Origin: Patellaria atrata CBS 101060
Taxonomy: Eukaryota
Assembly (NCBI GenBank): GCA_010093705.1
Contig: MU006092.1
Location: forward strand, 1,010,350 to 1,074,349
Direction: 5' to 3'
Length of the DNA: 64,000 nt
This document shows positions 37,341 to 49,980 of the stretch, piece by piece (the first letter of the stretch is position 1; every line of letters begins with the position of its first letter). Both the position numbers and the translations under genes were made by a program. A model generated the notes under the pieces. The model searched no databases. It saw only the letters and a program-made list of their open reading frames with translations, and was not told the origin of the DNA.

Positions 37341-38950
37341 TCACCTCCCAAATCTTTTCAATTCCCACCATCGTAATGGTGGAAAAGTGATTGCAGCCCA
37401 CGCAAATCCGACATAGTTACCCATCTACACAAGGTTAGCCATTGAGAGACATGACACGCAGTACAAATGTAACTTACATCAGCTCCATACTCTCCGACGA
37501 GTGCAGCAACTGGGCCGATATACCATACTTGTGCCATGCAAAGGATAGCACCCACCCAGCCGACCAGAAATGCTACAATGGCAGCTATCCCTAACGGCAA
37601 TTGTTCGCTTCGATTCCAGATATCCCATCTCCACGCTCTTTCATTGTTCCTTCTGAACAACAGATGTTCCTCCAGCGTGATAGCAATCCAAATCGATACC
37701 CAGTAACCCATGAGCGCAAGAAAGTTGGTGAAGATCGCTGCAAGATGGTCGCGGCCAGCTAAAGCACACACGGTATAGATGACCACTCCAATGGTATTCC
37801 ACACAACCCTAGGGACACGTTCAAGGTACCGGCCCAGGATCTGGAAATCTATTCCACTGGAATAGGTCGGAGGGACAAGGTTCGCAATAAGTCCTAGGGC
37901 CACAACAACGCTGCAAAAGCTGCCGAAACTTCCAAGTGGTCGATAACCTTCGACGATAAGAGCTCCTTGAGAGACATTGTAAGCTGAGTGGAAGGTTTCA
38001 TCTGTATGTGTTCCCGATGCTAAACCTATTCCGAGCATGAAAGCAAATGTAAAGCTAAATGACAACCCAATCATAGTGATGCCAAAGATTTTCCATCTTG
38101 GTGTCCTCTCCGGATAATATACGAGGTAATCTGCAGCTCCACCACCATAGGTTATCGCAGCCGCGAGAGATAGGCTGAAGAATGATATGCGATTACCGAT
38201 TACCGTGCGTGGATCTCCTTCTGAAGTGCTCGATACGTCAAACTTAGGACCGGCCACACCAGCAAGGATAGACAATACTACGAGCTGTGGAAGCCAAGCG
38301 TACCGTTCGTAATAGTGGAACATCTGGTATCCAAAACTCGTGACAACCCAAGCAATAATGGCAACAATGACTATTCCTACAGCAATAGACATGTTATTCG
38401 TAGACACAAATGAAAGTATTTGTCCCGCAATGACACAGTCGATGAGGGCGTAACCGAGAAGGACAATGATATTGAGTAAGACAACAATCTTCACAGGATA
38501 CCAGCCCATAGTGTACCTTGCAAATATCATTGTCCGATTTCCTGAACGAGGCCCGAATGTTGCGGTATAGGCGACTGCAAGGCATCCAACCAGCATTCCT
38601 AGGACAGAACATAGTACAGAATCCAAAAACCCCAAGTGGAATATGGCAGGCCCCAGCATTCCCAAAGTGATGTTGTTCGCAGCAAGGTTGATAGAGAACC
38701 ACATGATTGCAATCTGCATATATCCGAGGGATTTCAAGTCATGACGTTCGTCTGGCTCAACCCTTTGTATGCCTCGAGCTTCCAAATTGTAGGCAAGCAA
38801 TCGTCGCTCAAATGACTGGAGAAAGTTTTTAAACTTTCCAGTTAAGTTTTCGTGGTCCCGTATCTGCTCATTGGGGGTAGCATCACTCTCTCCGAGCTTT
38901 GGAGCAAGGACTGGGCCTTTCTCAATATCCTGACGGTCGTTAGCCCTCAT
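37341..38950 (-). CDS. Purine-cytosine permease family (NCS1; FCY2/TPN1-like); intron 37477-37425
   Basis: EARGIQRV, FGPRSGNRTM, YERYAWLP, FLALMGYW, AQVWYIGP. Spliced end MGNYVGFAWAAITFPPLRWWELKRFGR*. Confidence 0.92.
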
Positions 38951-40543
38951 CGTAACCTATTACTGTCAGCTATTCTTTGATCCGAATTAATGGGGAAGCA
39001 TGAATCCTTTCGCAGGTATGAACCTGATCAAGTTCAAGCCGTCTTTCTCAGAACGCCTCCTTGCAATTGTCTAACCTCTCCGTTGGAAAGATAGAAAAAA
39101 TTACTTGGTATGACGAACACCGGCTCATGCATTTTCGAAAAGATACCTTGATCCAGCCAGATATATCTGCTCCATGATTCCCGCTCCATATGGGATCGTA
39201 CTTAAGTACTTTTTGTCACTGTTTAAGACCGCTTAATATCTTTTTAAGTTGCGCTACCGCGATATGCCGGTCTTGATTCAATTATAATGAATTCGAAAAA
39301 TGCTGAAAGGGCTTGCGAATCTGTAGAGACAATTGATAGACAACTTAGATTTGAAATTCAAGACTTGAGAAAATTCTGATGTTAAGATAGGTTGCTTAAG
39401 CCGGCCGGCATAAAACCCCACATGCCGTACTTCGGCGTCATATCTGTATTTTTTTTTCTATCAAAATTTTCATTTTCAATGCGGAGGCTTCCTTTAAATG
39501 AAGAGTTTGACTTTGCTTTTGCCAACTAGGAACTGAAAGAAAATCTAAAATATAATCGAAGTAGTTTCTATCCTTATCGTTGTATTCATAGCCTACTCTA
39601 CGCTAGCTCTCAAAGTCGTTTCTGACTGACTTCCCTTGATATGGACATCCAAGCCATACGAATGACCCCAACCGTACGTAGGAAAGCACCGAACAGACAA
39701 TAGAGATTGGTTGATACTGTGAGAATTCAAAATTCGCCAGTAGCTGCTCGGCAAGTGTACAGATTTCGTAAGTCCTAACCATAGTAGAGAAGATTAGAAG
39801 ACAGTCTTTCTAAAGCTATCGAGAGGTACATCTGATGGGAATTAGGACTATATTTGCTTCTTTCATCCTGAGTCTATATGTGCTATTTGGTCAGAAACGC
39901 TTGGTAGTTCAGCACTTGGCGCATTGCAGAATCTGCTCTTCTCGTTGTATCTTTAGTTCTCTGCGACTGAACTCTTGGTCTTCAAACCGGACGAGTTCTC
40001 AAGACCCAATACGCAGATGATATTCTGCGAGTGATATTGAATACTGAATGTAAGGGTCACACAGAATGTTGTATCCGCCACTAACACCAGCGAGGATGAG
40101 ATTAACACCAATGGTGGAGGACCTCTGTGGTTTCGAAGCAAGAAAATTGTTTTGCAACGGGACAGGATGGTTCGTCTGAACATAGTATTACAAACAAACC
40201 CCTCTTTAGATTTCACAATCATTGAGCGAAAGATCGTCCTTGGGTCTTTCTACACATATATCATTCATTTCGCCCTTTCTCACTGATTTTTAACCTCATA
40301 TTTGATCCACAACGCAAGCCTTACGGATTATGATCGGAACCAATAGCCGTCGAGAGTGCACATTTGGATGTCCATAGCTCTCATATGGGGTTATGTGCCG
40401 GCCGATAATTCCTATACCTCGGATGAGAAGCACTACGCAAGGTTCGGACGCGATATCTTAATAGAACCTCTCGATCTACGCTCGTCGTGCTGCGTAGAAT
40501 TGTTTCCTCTCATTTACCTTATTCGCAAGAAACAAGGGCATCT

Positions 40544-41344
40544 TCAATTTTCGGTATTGCGTTTTGTTCCTTCCCCACGGTCTTCTGAAAGATACTCTCG
40601 AACTTTCTTTTGTCGTCTCATGGCCTGCCAATCCATCACTTTGCCAGGGACATCTGACACAAGATCCACATACCACAAGCGATTCCCTCTCGCTAAATAG
40701 AGCACATCTTGTATAAACCCGAATCCTATACCAGCTAGGAGGCCAATACGTGCAGTTCGCGCTGCTGTAGGTAATGGAAATTTATCTTTGCAAACGCATT
40801 AGCCACCATTTGGTCATGCTCAAATGGGGAAGAACATACTCCACAAACTAAATGCTCCCGCCGATCCCAACCCGGCACAAACAGTATTCACTGCATCTTT
40901 CTCCCCTAATCCTAACCGTCCGGCAACTCCAAAAAGCCCACCGCCTTCAATCTGCCCCCATCTCCAATCACTTCTTGTTCCTACTAAACCCTCCCTGAGT
41001 CTATCTACCGCCTCTTCAATGGTAAAGAACAACAGTGTCCAGATTCCTACCTTGATGCCCATGAGAGCACCCTCTCGTACAGCCCCCAAAGCCACGTGGT
41101 AGTTTTTCGTCTTGTGGTATAGGAACCATCCTGTCTGCGATTTGGGTAAACGGTGGGCGTTTTCGGCGCGGTATCGTAAACCGGCCATCAAGCCGCCTTG
41201 TGTCATTCCAAGAACAACGCCGCAGAAGAAACCAGCGGATGTGGAGAGGACAGCGCGGACGGGGTAGGGCATACCCAGGCGACGACGGTCATAGGTAGGA
41301 GTTGTTGAGAGCACAGAGGGTTCAGTAGTAGAAATTGAATCCAT
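40544..41344 (-). CDS. Conserved fungal membrane protein, Tim17/Tim22-like glycine-rich TMs; one intron (~40838-40787)
   Basis: RYRAENAHRLP..TGWFLYHKTKNY and AGLGSAGAFSLW|NKFPLPTAARTA; splicing extends ORF 40820-41356. Confidence 0.7.
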
Positions 41345-42428
41345 TGCGGGTATCACGACGGATTGGCTCTGTGTAAAAAAACTTTTATGGTGCGACTTTT
41401 GCGCATCTCTACTATTTCTCTGCTATGAACGGAAAGCTTCCAGGTTGAAGCCTTCCATTGAAACTGATGAGAAGCTTGGACCATCACCAGCCGAGGTTCG
41501 TAGGGTGGCAGCCAAGCACACTAGCTGACTCATTCGCTTTGTGGTCCGTGCCTGAATTCCATTGGTATAAGAACTTCGCCCTTCTCCCTCTCTCTTAATT
41601 TCTTTTTTCCTTCTTCATACTTACCTTCTTGGGGTCGCTTGGGATCAAGAATCCGAGCACCTAGAGAACCGTCCTGCATTGCACAACGCGGCGATCGGAT
41701 CTCTACTGTTCTCCTTCGGGGGCACAGCTGGGGCAATTTTTGCTGGCAAACCTATCCTTTTTCATTGATCTGCTCATTATTGGTGGGCTGTTTAGGAAAG
41801 AGTTCGGTATCTACTGTCTTGTGATTGTGAGATTATGGATCGTCAGCTTGCATGATTCTTAAATGTCTTGTTCTTTTGTGAAGGTATGACTCTCTTGGAT
41901 ATCTTACGGCTAGATCGTAGCTTAGAATTCAAATAGCTTTCATCAAGTGCGAGCCTATCCTTCTCCCTGTTAGGCCGTTGGATGCTTGTCCATAGCGTCC
42001 GTTATCGCCTTTCCCCATCTAGTTACGTTCCATGGCCGCACTGGACGTTATCACCTACGTCCCGTAGAATATGTAATCCCTAAATAGTATAATAGGAACA
42101 AATCCGACTTTGGTTCACTCTGCTTCTGCAGCATTGATCCATTAGCCGCCTCTTACGGCAACGGATGCTTGAACGTCGTGAGTACCTAAAGAATCTACTG
42201 CCTCAAGAAATGGTCCCGAGTTCTCATTTCCATAATTTGAATGCACCTCATAACACACGAAGTAGGAACAGAGCTACCACAACTGAGTGTAACTTTGATT
42301 ATCCTGTATAGGGACACGATAAGATCAATACAATCTGGGAAATTATGCTTGTGCGTCTAAAGGGACATTCCTTTGGTAAATCGGAGATGGAATCGGCTTG
42401 TCATCCCTTCTAACATCTTTAATATTTA

Positions 42429-43409
42429 TCAATCTTTGCTGATCGTCGGATCCCAGCCGGAGGACTCATAAGCCCCAGTATCCAGTTCCTTCATATCTTC
42501 CTCGTCTAACTCGAAATTGAAGACGTCCGCATTTTCCTCAATCCTCGTTAAATTAACCGTCTTCGGTAGCGGAACGAAACCCTACACAACCGAAACATTA
42601 GCATCTACCCCTACATTCGCGCATAATAATTGAATCAGAACAGCTGCTTTACCATTTGGAGACTCCATCTTAAGAGCACCTGCGCAACACTCCTCCCATG
42701 CTTCTCCGCCAACTTCACCAAAACTAGCTCGTCGTTCCTCGTCGCTCTAATCAGCGGCGAATACGCCTCCATCACAATCCCCCTCTCGCGACACCAGTTC
42801 ACGATATCAGGCCTTGCCATCCACGGATGCAGCTCCACCTGATTCACACTAATAACGCCCTCCTTCCCCCACCCTTGCTCCTTAATATACGCCTCCAACT
42901 CCTCCAAATGATGGTCCCCATAATTACTCACCCCGATACTCCTAATCTTCCCTTCCTTCACCCCCTCGACCAGCGCCTTCCACGCGCCTAGCCTGTTCTC
43001 TTTTCCGCCATAGGGCGCGTGCAGGAGGTACAAGTCTATGTAGTCCAGCCCGGTTTTCTCAAAGGTCCCCGCGATGGCCTTTTTGGCGCCTTCATAGCTG
43101 ATCTCGCGTGGAGGGACTTTGGTGGTGTAGAAGAGGGCGGAGCGCGGGAGGCCCGAGGCAAGGAGCGCTTTGGCGCAGGGACCTTCGTTGTAGTAGCCTA
43201 CGGCGGTGTCGACATGGCGATAGCCCGCTTTGAAAGCGTGGGAGACCAGGGCTTCAGCTTCAGCGGCGGGGCTGAGAAGTAAGTTAGGAGGGATGGTGTA
43301 TGGGGAAGGGAAAGGGGTGTTACGTTTGGTAAACTCCGAATCCGAAGATTGGGATATCATAGCCAGAGGGCATGGGTAAGGTGGAATCAATTTTGAGTTT
43401 GGAGGTCAT
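42429..43409 (-). CDS. Aldo-keto reductase, 2 introns
   Basis: IPIFGFGVYQ, GYRHVDTA..Y.NE, DLYLLHAP, IRSIGVSNY, NQVELHPW, LRWSLQ|GFVPLPKT. Confidence 0.92.
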
Positions 43410-43998
43410 GGTGGAGGAGAATCGGGCTGATTGCTGAAAAGGGGAAGATAATAATAGTTTAGGATGGGATGTCTTCAGTTCGTTGATAATTCGAAATGAA
43501 TTCAAAGCGTATCGCATAATAGTCTTACTGAAGCGTTACACGAGATAAAATGTTCTGATAACTTCTTGATATGATATCTAATCGTTCGGTGAAAAGTACA
43601 GTATGAAGAGCGAGGCTCGGATTTATTACATGATGTCAGGACGGGAACGGCGTTTAAGGTTAGTAATGAGACCTCCGGAGATAGACGGTTATAACTTTGA
43701 AACAACTCTAAAAGCTCTTGATGGATTACACTACCGTAAATGCTACCCTTATGCGTCTCTAACATGTAGTGATTATTAACGTTGTAAGTCGTTGTACTTT
43801 AGGCAAACCTGAAGTAGAATGTATGTTGACAGATGAATAAGTTCTATGACATTGTGTTTGTCTTGTTTGTTAGAACTATGTAACACGTCACAGGTCAATC
43901 TCGGCAACAGCGATTTCTATTCGAACAAGCTCTCGTGAATATGATAACCGAAACACATCAACTTCCCACAAGCGGAAGGCGCTAGAATAGTTAGCAAA

Positions 43999-45287
43999 AT
44001 GCGTCTGATAAAAAACAACATAGAAAAGAAGGATGGCTCGAGTAGTGCAACTCTTCTCCCTGAGGAGCCTGAGGATATGGTAATCCTTTACCCCACGTAC
44101 TCGTCTTCACGCGTCCTGCATCTAGCATTTTTATAACTCCTACCTCTCAGTGGCATGCCTACAATCTCATCCGCCCAACCGATCTGATCCGCGCGTCTGC
44201 AATTCGGCGAGTCACCAATGAATCCAGCACTGGGAGCACTTCCTCCCAGCGCGTCCATACCAACCTCACCTTACGCGTCACATCGACCAATTTCGACACC
44301 GCAGCATCCGCACTCCACGTTTCCGGCCGGGTCGCAGTCGAAAATCCATACGTAAGACTCGGCGGCTTTCACACCCTCGACCTTGAACTGCAGCGGAACT
44401 TCACGCTCGAGAAAGCCGATGGCTGGGACAGCGTTGCGCTGGAGATTCTGCGGGAAGCCACGGATCAGACACGGAGAGTCGAGGTCTGGGCGGTGATCAT
44501 GCAGGAAGGGCTCGCGAACATCGTGCTCGTGACGGTGCATCAGACGATCCTGAGACAGAGGGTCGAGGTGCCAATTCCGAGGAAACGGAGAGGAGGTATT
44601 GCGGACCATGAGAAGGCGCTAAATAAATTCTATACGACGACGCTAGAGACGATACTAAGACAGGTGGATTTGAGCGTTACTCCTCCGCCACCGTTGCTAC
44701 TTGCTTCTCCCGGCTTCACTGCTGCGGGTTTTCAGTCGTTTATCAAGGCGCAGGCGCAGTCGAAGGGGGATAAGGCGCTTTTGGCGCTGCTTCCGAAGAT
44801 TATCGTAGCACACTCGAGCTCGGGACATGTACATTCGTTATCTGAGGTCTTAGCCTCCCCCGCTATCACAGCTCAACTGTCAGACACGAAATACGCGAGA
44901 GAAACGTTACTGATGGATAAGTTCTTCTCGCTACTTCGTGCAGATGATGCACGGGCCTGGTATGGGCCCAAAGAAGTAGAAAGAGCCGTTGAGAAAGGCG
45001 CAGTGGGTCGTGGAGGCGGAATCCTGCTGATTAGCAATTCCCTATTCCGTAGTAATGATATTGCGGAGAGGAAACGCTGGGTAAGGCTCGTAGACCGGGT
45101 AAGAGACGTGGAGGGTGGTGAGGTAAGAATCCTGAGTAGCGGGCATGAAAGCGGCAAACGACTTGAAGGTCTCGGTGATATAGCCGCGATATTAACGTTC
45201 GCTATCGAAGATTTAGATGAGAGTGATGAAGAAGAGGAAATTGATAGGATACCTGATAGTGGCGATGGCGAAAATGCCCAAATATGA
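43999..45287 (+). CDS. DOM34: Pelota/Dom34 ribosome rescue factor; intron 44080-44150
   Basis: MRLIKN...PEEPEDM|WHAYNLI, GGFHTLDLEL, LASPGF, AWYGPKEV, HESGKRLEGLGDIAAILTF. Confidence 0.95.
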
Positions 45288-45569
45288 TTTCCGTAAGCAG
45301 ACTCAGTCATAGAACAATGAGACATGCAAATATTGCATATGGAGAGTAAATAGATTGGGCATCTCAGAAACTGGTCTTTGATTGAGTGACTAGCTAAATT
45401 CTGAAATAAGGTAGGAAATAACTCATCGACCCTACGATACTGACTAGGAAAATCAAAAAAGCAAAGTGAATATTTACATGGGAAGCTATGACTCCAAGAA
45501 ATGAAACATATCGCAAGATATTCGATCTTCAATAAACAGCAATCCCGTTGACGCCACCGGTCCAATTGA

Positions 45570-46043
45570 TCATGCAAGTCTGACAGCATTTCCTGCCTTG
45601 ATAATCAAGGTGAAGATGGCCCCTATTCCGATGAAGAAGACTGCGGTTCTAACTTCGGGAGCGACGTCGTCGTTGGCGATGTACACCTTGTTGTAAGCAT
45701 ATCTGCTGGCGATGTAGGTTCCGGACAGGATGTTTAGCCACTTATTATCGACACCGGCGATGTTAGCCGCGACAACAGCAGCGGCGTAGAGACCGAGATT
45801 CTCGAAGCCGTTAGCTTGAGCGCCCTCAGCACGTTGGATGCGGCCTTTGGTTTTGGCATCGATGGTCTCGTCTTCTTCAAGACGGCGGGTGAAGCTGCGG
45901 GGCTCGCGCATGTGGTAGGGTTTCTTTGAGGCAGCCTCATATGTGTTTACTGAGTAGACATGAGGGGCGAAGGCGAGCATCCATGCAGCGGGGATGGTGT
46001 AGAGAGAGTAGTTGCCGGAGAGGCCTGAGAAGAGGGAAGCCAT
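45570..46043 (-). CDS. MAPEG-family membrane protein, intronless
   Basis: NYSLYTIPAAW, RAEGAQANGFENL, YIASR.AY. Confidence 0.85.
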   Translation of the reverse strand: MASLFSGLSGNYSLYTIPAAWMLAFAPHVYSVNTYEAASKKPYHMREPRSFTRRLEEDETIDAKTKGRIQRAEGAQANGFENLGLYAAAVVAANIAGVDNKWLNILSGTYIASRYAYNKVYIANDDVAPEVRTAVFFIGIGAIFTLIIKAGNAVRLA

Positions 46044-46963
46044 TGCTGATTGGTGTGGTTGGTGGTTGAGTTTTCGGACGAGTGAAAACGGTGCTTATGC
46101 TAAGCCTTTGAGAGGAGCAGTAAATGGTATGTGCGAGTAGCGAGTTGAGCTTAAGAGTGAAAAGCTATGGTAGATGCTTTGGAGCTTTGAAGTTGATGAT
46201 TCTGGTTTGGAGATTCTGATATCAAGTTCGACGTTCCCATCAGGCCCCTTTATGTAGTTCATGAGCCGTCTCATATGTGTATCAACGACCCCACCGCCAG
46301 TTGCTTGTTAATTGAAGGATATGGATAAAAGATAGCGGTCTGCAAGCCCAAATGGTCATTCGGCGATAAAGCAGGGTTTGTGGAACGCTCGACGACGAAT
46401 GAAGAGTCTGGACATTTGGAATGAGGAATGAGGATCAACCTGGGGGAGCAAGCCTCAAATGACACGACATTCTTTGCTATCATGATGTCTTGGAACAAAG
46501 TGAGCGAAAGGATGAAAAAATGCAGCCAAGTGAAGGAGGTATCCATGTTATTCTATGTTGATTCCATGTTCTGAGTATCTTGGTGTTCGATCTGAAGTGA
46601 TACAGTGGGGGATCGACTTTCACTCCGGACGAAAGTATTCGGGAAATGCTCCTGGTTGGTCAGAACTTGCTCACCTTGCATGATATATGGCAGTACATGT
46701 ACATGAAATCAATACAATCCTATCGAAGAATTTCTATTGTGGAGATAGCTTTTGACGCACGTTCATACAAATCTATGTTGTTGTACCTCGTTGTCCTTAA
46801 TATCGTTTGGAGTTGAGGTCGGCGGCCACGGCTGTATTCTTCCGCTTCAGGTCGCCAAGGTAATTCACGTGCAGCGAGACGCCTTCGCGATCTGCAACAA
46901 GCGGCAAAACATTCCTACTCCTGCCGAATCAACATGATAATATCCTGACAGCCAACGCTCGTT

Positions 46964-48406
46964 ATGAGCACACGATCGATCGGTAATCGGATCCAGACAA
47001 CCAGACAAGCAAATGCAGCTCATAAAAAATGCGGGCCGGTCCTGAGCGAAAAAGAGAGACGCAAGCTCGACCGAGAGATAGAACTCCATGAACGTGCTGA
47101 GCAGATTAAAGCTCGTGAACAAAGGAAGAAGATAAACGCAAAGCGAAAGATAGAGAGGGAGCAGAAGGAGAACAATGCACGACAACAACTAGGGATCGGG
47201 GTGGCCACCCAGTTGGCAGGGTTTAGCCATACACAAAAGAAGTTGAAGACAGGTATGGAGGCATTTTTGCGCACGGGGAAGCTCTCTGCTAGGCGATATC
47301 GGTTTGAAGTTTCTAAAGTCCCGAAGGAGACTTTGAAAACTCTGGAGGATGAGCCTGGGGATAGTCATGAGCTGGATGACGAGCTTCTGCGTGGACTTGA
47401 TGAAGTTGTGCAGATATCACCAAAGGGGAAATCGAAGGATCCCTGGGACGATAACTTACTAGACGATGAAACACTACTGCAATCACTAGTAGAGTCAGGG
47501 TCAGAAATAAATCTAAATCCGCAGTCGCGGAGTGATAATCATATATTGGCCGTCGGACCCAAGGACGATCGTTCACAGCATAGGGATCCTGACGAGGATC
47601 TAGGTGAAAATAAATTCTCGCAAACCTTTTCCCATTCGACTTCGAGAGTAGGTAAGATACACGCACTATGTGAGGCCAATATACCCATAACTAGAGAGGC
47701 TCATGGTGGCGATGAATCAGCCTTGAAGGCAAAAATGCTCTCTCCCTCGATCATCGAGACGTTTGTGGAGCTTTGGGAGAGTGATTCTGAAATCGAGCGA
47801 GACCTCTCACAACATCAAGTTGGACATAGGGAGCTGTCGCCTAAGGCTCCCGAAGTATCGATAGATGCTCCCGTCAAAATCCTGAATGCTACCATACCTG
47901 ATCCTGTTTTTATGGCAGCTGGGTTCTGCTGGGATGCTTTTCTGGAAAGCAATACGCAGATATCCCGCGATCTCAATGACAACTCTCCATGCTCCAAATC
48001 ACCTAAAAAGCAACCAAAGGTCCCGTTGTTTATGGAGCCCACGTCTAATCGGCCAAGTAAGACTGAAAAAGCACCCAGGTGTGACAGCCGAAGCAGAAAC
48101 TCTATCCCTTCCAAACGTTTGAATACTTCAAGGACAGACTTTGTTACGGCATCGACCATGCATATGCCTCCTCCTCGACTCCTTCCAAAACAAACGTCCC
48201 TCCCCGGATCAGAGGCGAACAAGACTTTTAGCCTCACCAACCTGGGAATTTTCACACAGGATCTCCAAGACATTGTCAACGAAGACTTTCCCTTTACTCA
48301 AGGGAACGAAGCAAATAAAATTGACAATGACTTTCCCAGCATTTCCACGCAAGACATGGAGGAGCTTGCTAACGTCAATGTATCCTTCTCCAGCGAAAAT
48401 GGATGA
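46964..48406 (+). CDS. Hypothetical 480-aa protein: N-terminal basic coiled coil, long disordered acidic region with TQ motifs
   Basis: Uninterrupted 1443-bp ORF with ATG. No domain recognised. Confidence 0.75.
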   Translation: MSTRSIGNRIQTTRQANAAHKKCGPVLSEKERRKLDREIELHERAEQIKAREQRKKINAKRKIEREQKENNARQQLGIGVATQLAGFSHTQKKLKTGMEAFLRTGKLSARRYRFEVSKVPKETLKTLEDEPGDSHELDDELLRGLDEVVQISPKGKSKDPWDDNLLDDETLLQSLVESGSEINLNPQSRSDNHILAVGPKDDRSQHRDPDEDLGENKFSQTFSHSTSRVGKIHALCEANIPITREAHGGDESALKAKMLSPSIIETFVELWESDSEIERDLSQHQVGHRELSPKAPEVSIDAPVKILNATIPDPVFMAAGFCWDAFLESNTQISRDLNDNSPCSKSPKKQPKVPLFMEPTSNRPSKTEKAPRCDSRSRNSIPSKRLNTSRTDFVTASTMHMPPPRLLPKQTSLPGSEANKTFSLTNLGIFTQDLQDIVNEDFPFTQGNEANKIDNDFPSISTQDMEELANVNVSFSSENG

Positions 48407-49028
48407 ATCTGTATTGGAAACGGACAGTGTTTAACCCATTAAAAAAAGGGGTTCGATTAGCTCTATGTCGAAGCTTCGCGGAGCATCCATCCCTTAGAGC
48501 GATGTCTCCACGACTATCGGCAAGCGAATTAGTATACCTGGAAGATGTGCATAATTGATAATCTTCGTGGACTCGTCAGAATTGATTCGTATAACAATGG
48601 AAGTCCTGCTTGATCCGAGAAGGTTTTTGAAGCTCGTTAGACAGGGCATGGAAAGTTTCTGAGCAGATCATAGCAACGGCAGGAGTCAGGAGTAAATACG
48701 TGCTTATAGTCTAGATAGCATTGTTTTCCGTTACATGACTGTACTGTGCTAAAAGATAAATATACACTGCGAATTAATCATTATTGTGCAGTGTAATTCA
48801 GTTCTCAAGTAATGGAAAGAAGACATGTCTTGAAGGTGATGTTATAGGGTACCTTCGGTACTTTTGGTACCGTACTTCTGTACGTTGCAGATGCTGTCTG
48901 TGCTGCCAAGATATTCTGCCGAATCGGCCCACAACACATTTCGAGAACTTCAACCTCAAGTAACGAACTCCTCATCCACAGCCTCAGACACTCTATCCCC
49001 AAAGTCATAACCATATTCCGACGTCAAC

Positions 49029-49375
49029 ATGGAGAACGAACGCGGTGAACTCGTCGATCTGTAAGTCGCATCAACTCAGCTCGTGGGAGGTTGTGAACTT
49101 CTGCTCAAACGAATTTCGAGTTTGCGGCTAACAACTAGTTTTACAGTTATGTCCCTCGCAAATGCAGCGCGACCAACCGTATCATCAAGGCTAAGGACCA
49201 TGCTTCAGTACAAATCTCAATCGGTAAGGTTGATGATAATGGACGCTATATCGGAGAGAACCAGACCTATGCTCTATCTGGTTTCGTCAGGGCGATGGGC
49301 GAGTCGGACGACAGCTTGAATAGACTAGCACAGAGAGACGGTTTCCTGAAGAACGTCTGGAGTGCAAGCCGATAA
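49029..49375 (+). CDS. RPS21: 40S ribosomal protein S21 (eS21); intron 49061-49146
   Basis: [34 protein letters not shown]...[15 protein letters not shown]. Confidence 0.97.
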
Positions 49376-49744
49376 ATGTGTCGGTATTCGGGCATGAGTA
49401 CGTATATGGATTCCCTAGCATACGCTACACCGAATATTTAGGGGCTGATTGCAGAAGCAGGCATTTGACTATGGCGTACTATGACTTCACGGCTTCGATG
49501 GGAGGTGGAATAAGGGCTGTAGTGTCTACGATAGATGGAATTGGGTGCAAGATTCTATAAACTAGAAACAGTCCATGAGCAATATCTCATCATGTGCTCG
49601 CCCGTACCATTTCATAGTTAAGCTTGCACGTGATCTACCCGACCACGCCGACGTGGAGCCGAAGCTCTTTAAATATTCATCCTCTTCCTCTTACTTATAT
49701 CTAACCTTGAATATCAGCAAGTTTTTGTTCCTCCTAATAACGCT

Positions 49745-49980
49745 GCTTCGGCCGATCAAGGCTCGCCCATTCGCACTTCGGTGAACTCAATGATTGGGCG
49801 AGCAGAGTTAATACGGTCCGTAGAACAAGTTTGTCGTCCTAGAACCGCTTCCTGCGGGTGGCTGGAGCTAGAGCCGGAACCTCACTCTGTCAGGCGTGAG
49901 CGTTCCGGTAGACAGCGATCACCTTCAGAAGTCCCGAGCAGTTAAGTCTTTGCCGGGTTACAGATACGGGTGTCACATAT
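49745..49980 (+). ncRNA. Predicted box H/ACA sno/scaRNA (~235 nt) with an inserted internal domain
   Basis: Layout is hairpin 49749-49820, H box AGAACA (49822-49827), internal hairpins, hairpin 49917-49974, then ACA (49975-49977) plus 3 nt. Both pockets have plausible antisense targets. Confidence 0.75.

Noticed and set aside
24285..38950. Possible vitamin/NAD-salvage cluster (TF, PNC1, MetE-core, NCS1 permease)
   Set aside because: Interleaved with unrelated housekeeping genes (COX4, ACAD, MARVEL), and no shared motif seen.
44873..45589. 238-aa minus-strand ORF
   Set aside because: Antisense to DOM34 with low-complexity translation.
49745..49980. SRP RNA, RNase P/MRP, U1/U3 or snR30 identity for the structured RNA
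   Set aside because: Their hallmark motifs (e.g. snR30 m1/m2 AUAUUCCUA/AAACCAU, P4 helix, U1 5' end) are absent; the H/ACA layout fits better.
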